A DNA stretch of 64,000 bases, taken from the NCBI RefSeq assembly GCF_009914755.1, contig NC_060947.1. One strand, given 5' to 3'. The DNA is from the human T2T-CHM13v2.0 reference genome, Homo sapiens. The notes beneath the pieces were generated by a model. The model had not been told where the DNA came from, ran no database searches, and worked only from the letters and a program-made list of their open reading frames with translations. Every line of letters begins with the position of its first letter. Position 1 is the stretch's first letter. Shown piece after piece: positions 59,256 to 64,000 of this stretch. Both the position numbers and the translations under genes were made by a program.

Positions 59256-59348
59256 CATTGTTTGCACATAACTATGCATTGACTGTTAGCATAATAGTAC
59301 CCAAATACTGCATGCATCCTGCATTTACTTAGGAAACCTAAACTAGCT
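59256..59348 (-). pseudogene. Candidate fossil exon, ~82-93 nt
   Basis: Long pyrimidine tract followed by several AGs (exact acceptor ambiguous); donor TG|gtatgt; open ASLGFLSKCRMHAVFGYYYANSQCIVMCKQ, ends in phase 2. Confidence 0.5.
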
Positions 59349-60279
59349 CTTTTAGACAACAGGGAAGGAAAAAACACACCACAAATGTTTCTTCTCATTT
59401 ACGTTTAGGTCCCAGTAAAATAGTCTCCCATTCTGAAATTTGGTACTCTAAAGATATCCACTGGGATTACTACTGGGTTTTGGTGTAGATTTCCTACTGT
59501 CATACTGTCTTATTGTATCAATGACAGTATTTAAATATCTTAATTTCCTCCTCTAAGAAACTGAGCTGTGCTTTCAAAAGCTTTGATGAATATAACTGAC
59601 CCTAGATCTAGCCCATAGTAATTTTGTTAAAAGTTTACCTTAAGAATGGACTATATTTCAGAGGGTCAGGCAAAATATATCAAGGGAAAATTGCAGAATT
59701 ACAAGGAAATATCATCTTGTGGAGTTTCATACATACAAATAAAGTTATAAAAGCACACTTTGAGAGGAGAGAATAGCTTGATAGGCTGAACTTCTACGAA
59801 GATTTTAGTATCTTTCAGTGATAGAAAAGAAGTTAGAAAGCTTAAAATATCCAGTAAGGAAGACTTATTTGGGTCAATGTCACAACAATATGTGAGCTTG
59901 GTTTGGAAGGTTGGAAAAATTTTAATCTAGTAAAAATCATATAGAAACATTTTTCTCATCACAAAACAAAAAGATGGATAAATCAGTAAATTATTTATGG
60001 TGATAAATAGCCTGAGATGTGGGAGTAAACAATCGAATCAATTGTATCTTAACACATTAACGTGTTAAGAAACACATTAATATCATCTAAGACATTCAGT
60101 AAAATGTATATGTTTATATAGATGATAAAAGTGTTAATGACATGGTCCCTTAAATCAAGAAGATATGATTTTTATTCAGGAGACAAAATAAATAAAAGTG
60201 GAACAAAACATAACACCAGACAGAATATGATCAAATATTAAACTCTATTGTCCAGTCAATACATGTTATAAGAAATTCC

Positions 60280-60399
60280 AGGAGAATGGCGTGAACCCGG
60301 GAGGCGGAGCTTGCAGTGAGCCGAGATCCCGCCACTGCACTCCAGCCTGGGCGACAGAGCGAGACTCCGTCTCAAAAAAAAAAAAAAAAGAAAAAAAAA
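60280..60399 (+). mobile_element. 5'-truncated AluYa5-type insertion (~95 nt plus A-tail)
   Basis: gagatcccgccac (Ya5 diagnostic), eight CpGs intact; exact TSD aagaaattcc (60270-60279 / 60400-60409). Confidence 0.88.
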
Positions 60400-60543
60400 A
60401 AGAAATTCCTAAAGGTGCAAGTTTGAAGGCTGGAGTATTGAGGAGGTGAAACTCAAGTTGATATTATTAAGATAGATATTTTCTTGATAAGAAAGGAAAG
60501 GGAGAAGAAGAATGCTCTTCTCCATTTCACATCCCCCGCAACA

Positions 60544-60544
<1 letters not shown>

Positions 60545-60585
<41 letters not shown>

Positions 60586-60590
60586 TACAC
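60545..60590 (+). repeat. (CA)n microsatellite
   Basis: About 17 perfect AC units followed by an imperfect tail. Confidence 0.95.
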
Positions 60591-60813
60591 AAATGGTCTT
60601 ATATTTTGTTTTCATATTCTATAAAGTTTGTATTAATAGCATAGGGATAAATGAGAAACCAGACATATAAAAGATATTAATTTCTGATTCCCAAAGTAGC
60701 TTTTAGGACCTCTAAGTTCTTTGGGTAAGAAGAAAAGTGAGAGAAATGGAAGTCGGTGTGCTAACAAAGTTTAGTTGGTTTGTGACATAAGACATAAAAT
60801 ACAACTTTACAAC

Positions 60814-60985
60814 CTAGTTCATCAACACTGCAGGTACTGGACAAATTGTTTACAAATATCCTTGCAGTTCCAATGGAAGAACTGTGGGTGTCTTCAGCAC
60901 AGGATTCTGTAATTACCTTTAAGACCAAGAGTAACTGTGAGTGGACGAACCAGTTTGGAGAAAATGCCTTCAAAATCTTAAACAA
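60814..60985 (-). pseudogene. Candidate fossil exon, 172 nt
   Basis: aatttgtag| and G|gttgta (or gtaaag 3 nt later); phase 0 to 1, fully open: LFKILKAFSPNWFVHSQLLLVLKVITESCAEDTHSSSIGTARIFVNNLSSTCSVDEL. Confidence 0.55.
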
Positions 60986-61228
60986 CTACAAATTATTATT
61001 TCAAATATTTTGAAGACTCACATATATATGCAATTATGTATGCATATATTTATAATACAGTACTGAGTATATGCACAACAATAATTATATGTTCAGCAAT
61101 AAATCCAAGTTTATCTATAACACACACCTACATATGCATGTTATTTTCATTTTTATATTTCTACACTTCAGAAATTTACCCATGAGCTGAATCAGAAGTG
61201 TCAAAGCATAGTAATAAAAGCTACTTAC

Positions 61229-61259
61229 AAGCAGCCTAATTACCATCTCTAGCTATGCC
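61229..61259 (-). pseudogene. Candidate fossil exon, 31 nt (5'-most in the window)
   Basis: tttaagtttcag| and CTT|gtaagt; phase 2 to 0: A*LEMVIRLL, joining in frame to 60985. Confidence 0.5.
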
Positions 61260-61624
61260 CTGAAACTTAAATCAGACGTAACAAAGACACATTATTTAAT
61301 CTGATTAACACTAGCATCTATCCCCAGAGCTCTTCTGTTAAAAATCTCTTTCTGTCAGGCCTGTATTTACCATTGTCAATCAGACTACATTGTTTGAATG
61401 TCATTTTATTTTTATTTTTTTAAAAATTGTATACCATTTAACATGTTTTATTTCAACATACTAGATCTTTTAATGCTTCTTAGAATTCAAAATGAATTAT
61501 ACAAAAATCTTTGTATTTCATGTCATATTATATAAGGAAATCAAATTTGGAAGAATAATTCATGCTGTTTTAAATTTTTACATTACTTATACATTTTAAT
61601 AGCTAATCAACTCTTAAGCATACT

Positions 61625-64000
61625 TTTTTGTTTTATTATTTTATTTTATTTTTTATTTTATTTTATTTTATTTTTCCTTAAGTTGTTGGAGTACAGGTGG
61701 TATTTGGTTACATGAGTAAGTTTTTTAGTGGTGATTTGTGAGATTTTGGTGCGCCCATCACCTGAGTAGTATACGCTGCACCATATTTGTTGTCTTTTAT
61801 CCCTCGCCACTTTCCCACTCTTTCCCCCAAGTCCCCAACGTCCATTGTATCATTCTTATACCTTTGCGTCCTCATAGCTTAGCTCCCATATATCAGTGAA
61901 AGCACACGATGTTTGGATTTCCATTCCTGAGTTACTTCACTTAGAATAATAGTCTTCAATCTAATTCAGGTCATTGAAAATGCTATTAATCCATTCCTTT
62001 TTATGGCTGAGTTGTATTCCATATATATATATATCACAGTTTCTTTATCCATTCATTGATTGATGGGCATTTGGGTTGGTTCCACGATTTTGCCATTGTG
62101 AAGTGTGCTGCTATAAACATGCGTGTGCAAGTATCTTTTTCAAATAATGACTTCTTTTCCTCTGGGTAGATACCCTGTAGTTGGATTGCTGGATCAAATA
62201 GTAATTCTGCTTTTAGTTCCTTAAGGAATCTCCACACTATTTTCCATAGCAGCTGTGCTAGTTTACATTCCCACCAGCAGTGTAAAAGTGTAAAAGTGTT
62301 CCCTGATCATCGCATCCATGCCAACATCTACTGTTTTTTGATTTTTTGATTATGGCCATTCTTGCAGGAGTAAGGTTGTATTGCATTGTGGTTCTGATTT
62401 GCATTTCCCTGATCATTAGTGATGTTGAGCATTTTGTCATATGTTTGTTGGCCATTTGTATATCTTCTTTTGAGAATTGTCTATTCATGTCCTTAGCCCA
62501 TTTTTTGATGGAATTGTTTTTTTCTTGTTAATTTGTTTGAATTTGTTGTTGATTCTGGATATTATTAGTCCTTGGTCAGATGTATAGATTGTGAAGATTT
62601 TCTCTCACTCTGTGGGTTGTCTGTTTATGCTGCTGACTGTTCCTTTTGCCATGCAAAACTCTTTAGTTTAATTAGGTCCCAGCTATGTATCTTCATTTTT
62701 ATTGCATTCGTTTTGGGGTTTTTTGGTCATGAAATCCTTGCCTAAGCCAACGTCTAGAAGGGTTTTTCCAATGTTATCTTCTAGAATTTTTAGAGTTTCA
62801 GGTCTTAGGTTTAAGTCCTTAATCCATCTTGAGTTGATTTTTGTATATGGAGAGAGATGAGGATCCAGTTTCTTTCTCCTACTTGTGGCTAGCTAATTAT
62901 CCCAGCACCATTTTTTGAGAATGGTGTCCTTTCCCCACTTGATGTTTTTGTTTGCTTTGTCAAAGATCAGTTGGCTATAAGTATTTGGGTTCATTTCTGG
63001 GTTCTCTATTCTGTTGCATTCATCTATGTGCCTATGTTTATAGCAGTGCCACACTGTTTTGGTGACTATTGCCTTATAGTATAGTTTGAAATCAGGTAGT
63101 GTGATGTCTCCAGATTTGTTCTTTTTGCTTAGTCTTGCTTTAGTTATACAGGTTCTTTTTTGGTTCCATATGATTTTTAGAATTGTTTTTTTCTAATTCT
63201 GTGAAGAGTGATGGTGGTATTTTGATGGGGATTGCATTGAATTTGTAGATTGCTTTCAGTAGTATGGTCATTTTCACAATATTGATTCTACCCATCCATG
63301 AGCATGGGATGTGTTTCCATTTGTTTGTGTCTTTTATGATTTCTTTCAGCAGTATTTTGTAGTTTTGCTTGTAGAGGTCTTTCAACTCCTTGCTTAGATA
63401 TATTCCTAAGTTTTTGTTTTGTTTTGTTTTGTTTTTTGCAGCAAGTGTAAAATGGGCTGAGTTCTTGATGTGATTCTCTGCTTGGTCGCTGTTGGTGTAT
63501 AGAAGAGCTACTGATGTGTGTACATTAATCTTGTATTCAGAAACTTTGCTGAATTATTTTATCAGTTCTAGGAGTTTTCTGGGGGAGCCGTTAGGGTTTT
63601 CAAGATAAATGATCAGCAAACAGGGACAGTTTGACTTCCTCTTTACTGAGTTGGATGCCCTTCATTTCTTTCTCTTGTCTGATTGCTCTCGCTAGGACCT
63701 CCAGTGCTATGTTGAAAAGGAGTGGTGAGAGTGGGCATCCTTGTCTTGTTCCCATTCTCAGAGGGAATGCTTTCAACTTTTCCCCATGCAGTATTATGTT
63801 GGCTGTGGGTTTGTCATGGGCTTTAGTTACATTAAGGTATGTCCCTTGTATGCCAAATTTGCTTAGAGTTTTAAACATAACGTGATGCTGGATTTTGTTG
63901 AATGCTTTTTCTGCATCTATTGAGATGATCATGTGATTTTTGTTTTTAAGTCTCTTTATATGGTGTATCACATTTATTGACTTGCATATGTTAAACCACC
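61625..64000 (-). mobile_element. L1PB1-like element, 3' UTR and ORF2 remnant; runs off the right edge
   Basis: gtacaggtggtatttggttacatgagtaagtt...tagtggtgatttgtgagattttggtgc; ORF2 pieces 62034..63971 including QGCPLSP and FAD. Confidence 0.92.

Noticed and set aside
60830-60870. RIFVNNLSSTCSVDEL as an RRM RNP2 motif
   Set aside because: No RNP1 motif at the expected spacing in the next candidate exon; the match is too short to call.

Overview
This window is AT-rich primate genomic DNA, very probably human because it carries an undiverged AluYa5-type copy. Roughly two thirds of it is nested LINE-1 of many ages (L1ME/MB/MA, L1PB, L1PA16-like, L1PREC2-like, L1PA7, L1PA4-5, L1PA2). There are also five Alus, a two-LTR MSTA MaLR element, THE1C, MER11 and MLT1 solo LTRs, a hAT MITE, MIR/L2 relics and microsatellites. 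No intact protein-coding gene, RNA gene or CRISPR array is supported, and nearly all ORF-track ORFs are repeat-derived. The main unexplained signal is in the unique islands between repeats: about 16 AG..GT-bounded segments on the minus strand (61.3 kb to 17.1 kb). Most join in compatible phase into a helical, HEAT/ARM-like peptide interrupted by stop codons, which suggests a fossil multi-exon gene (unitary pseudogene) that I cannot name. Secondary signals are locally templated insertions, an L1 3' transduction, a retained L1 antisense promoter/ORF0 pointing into the fossil gene, and a very young truncated Alu. Repeat subfamily names come from recalled consensus features, not from a database search. 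Boundaries without a target-site duplication (TSD) are approximate.
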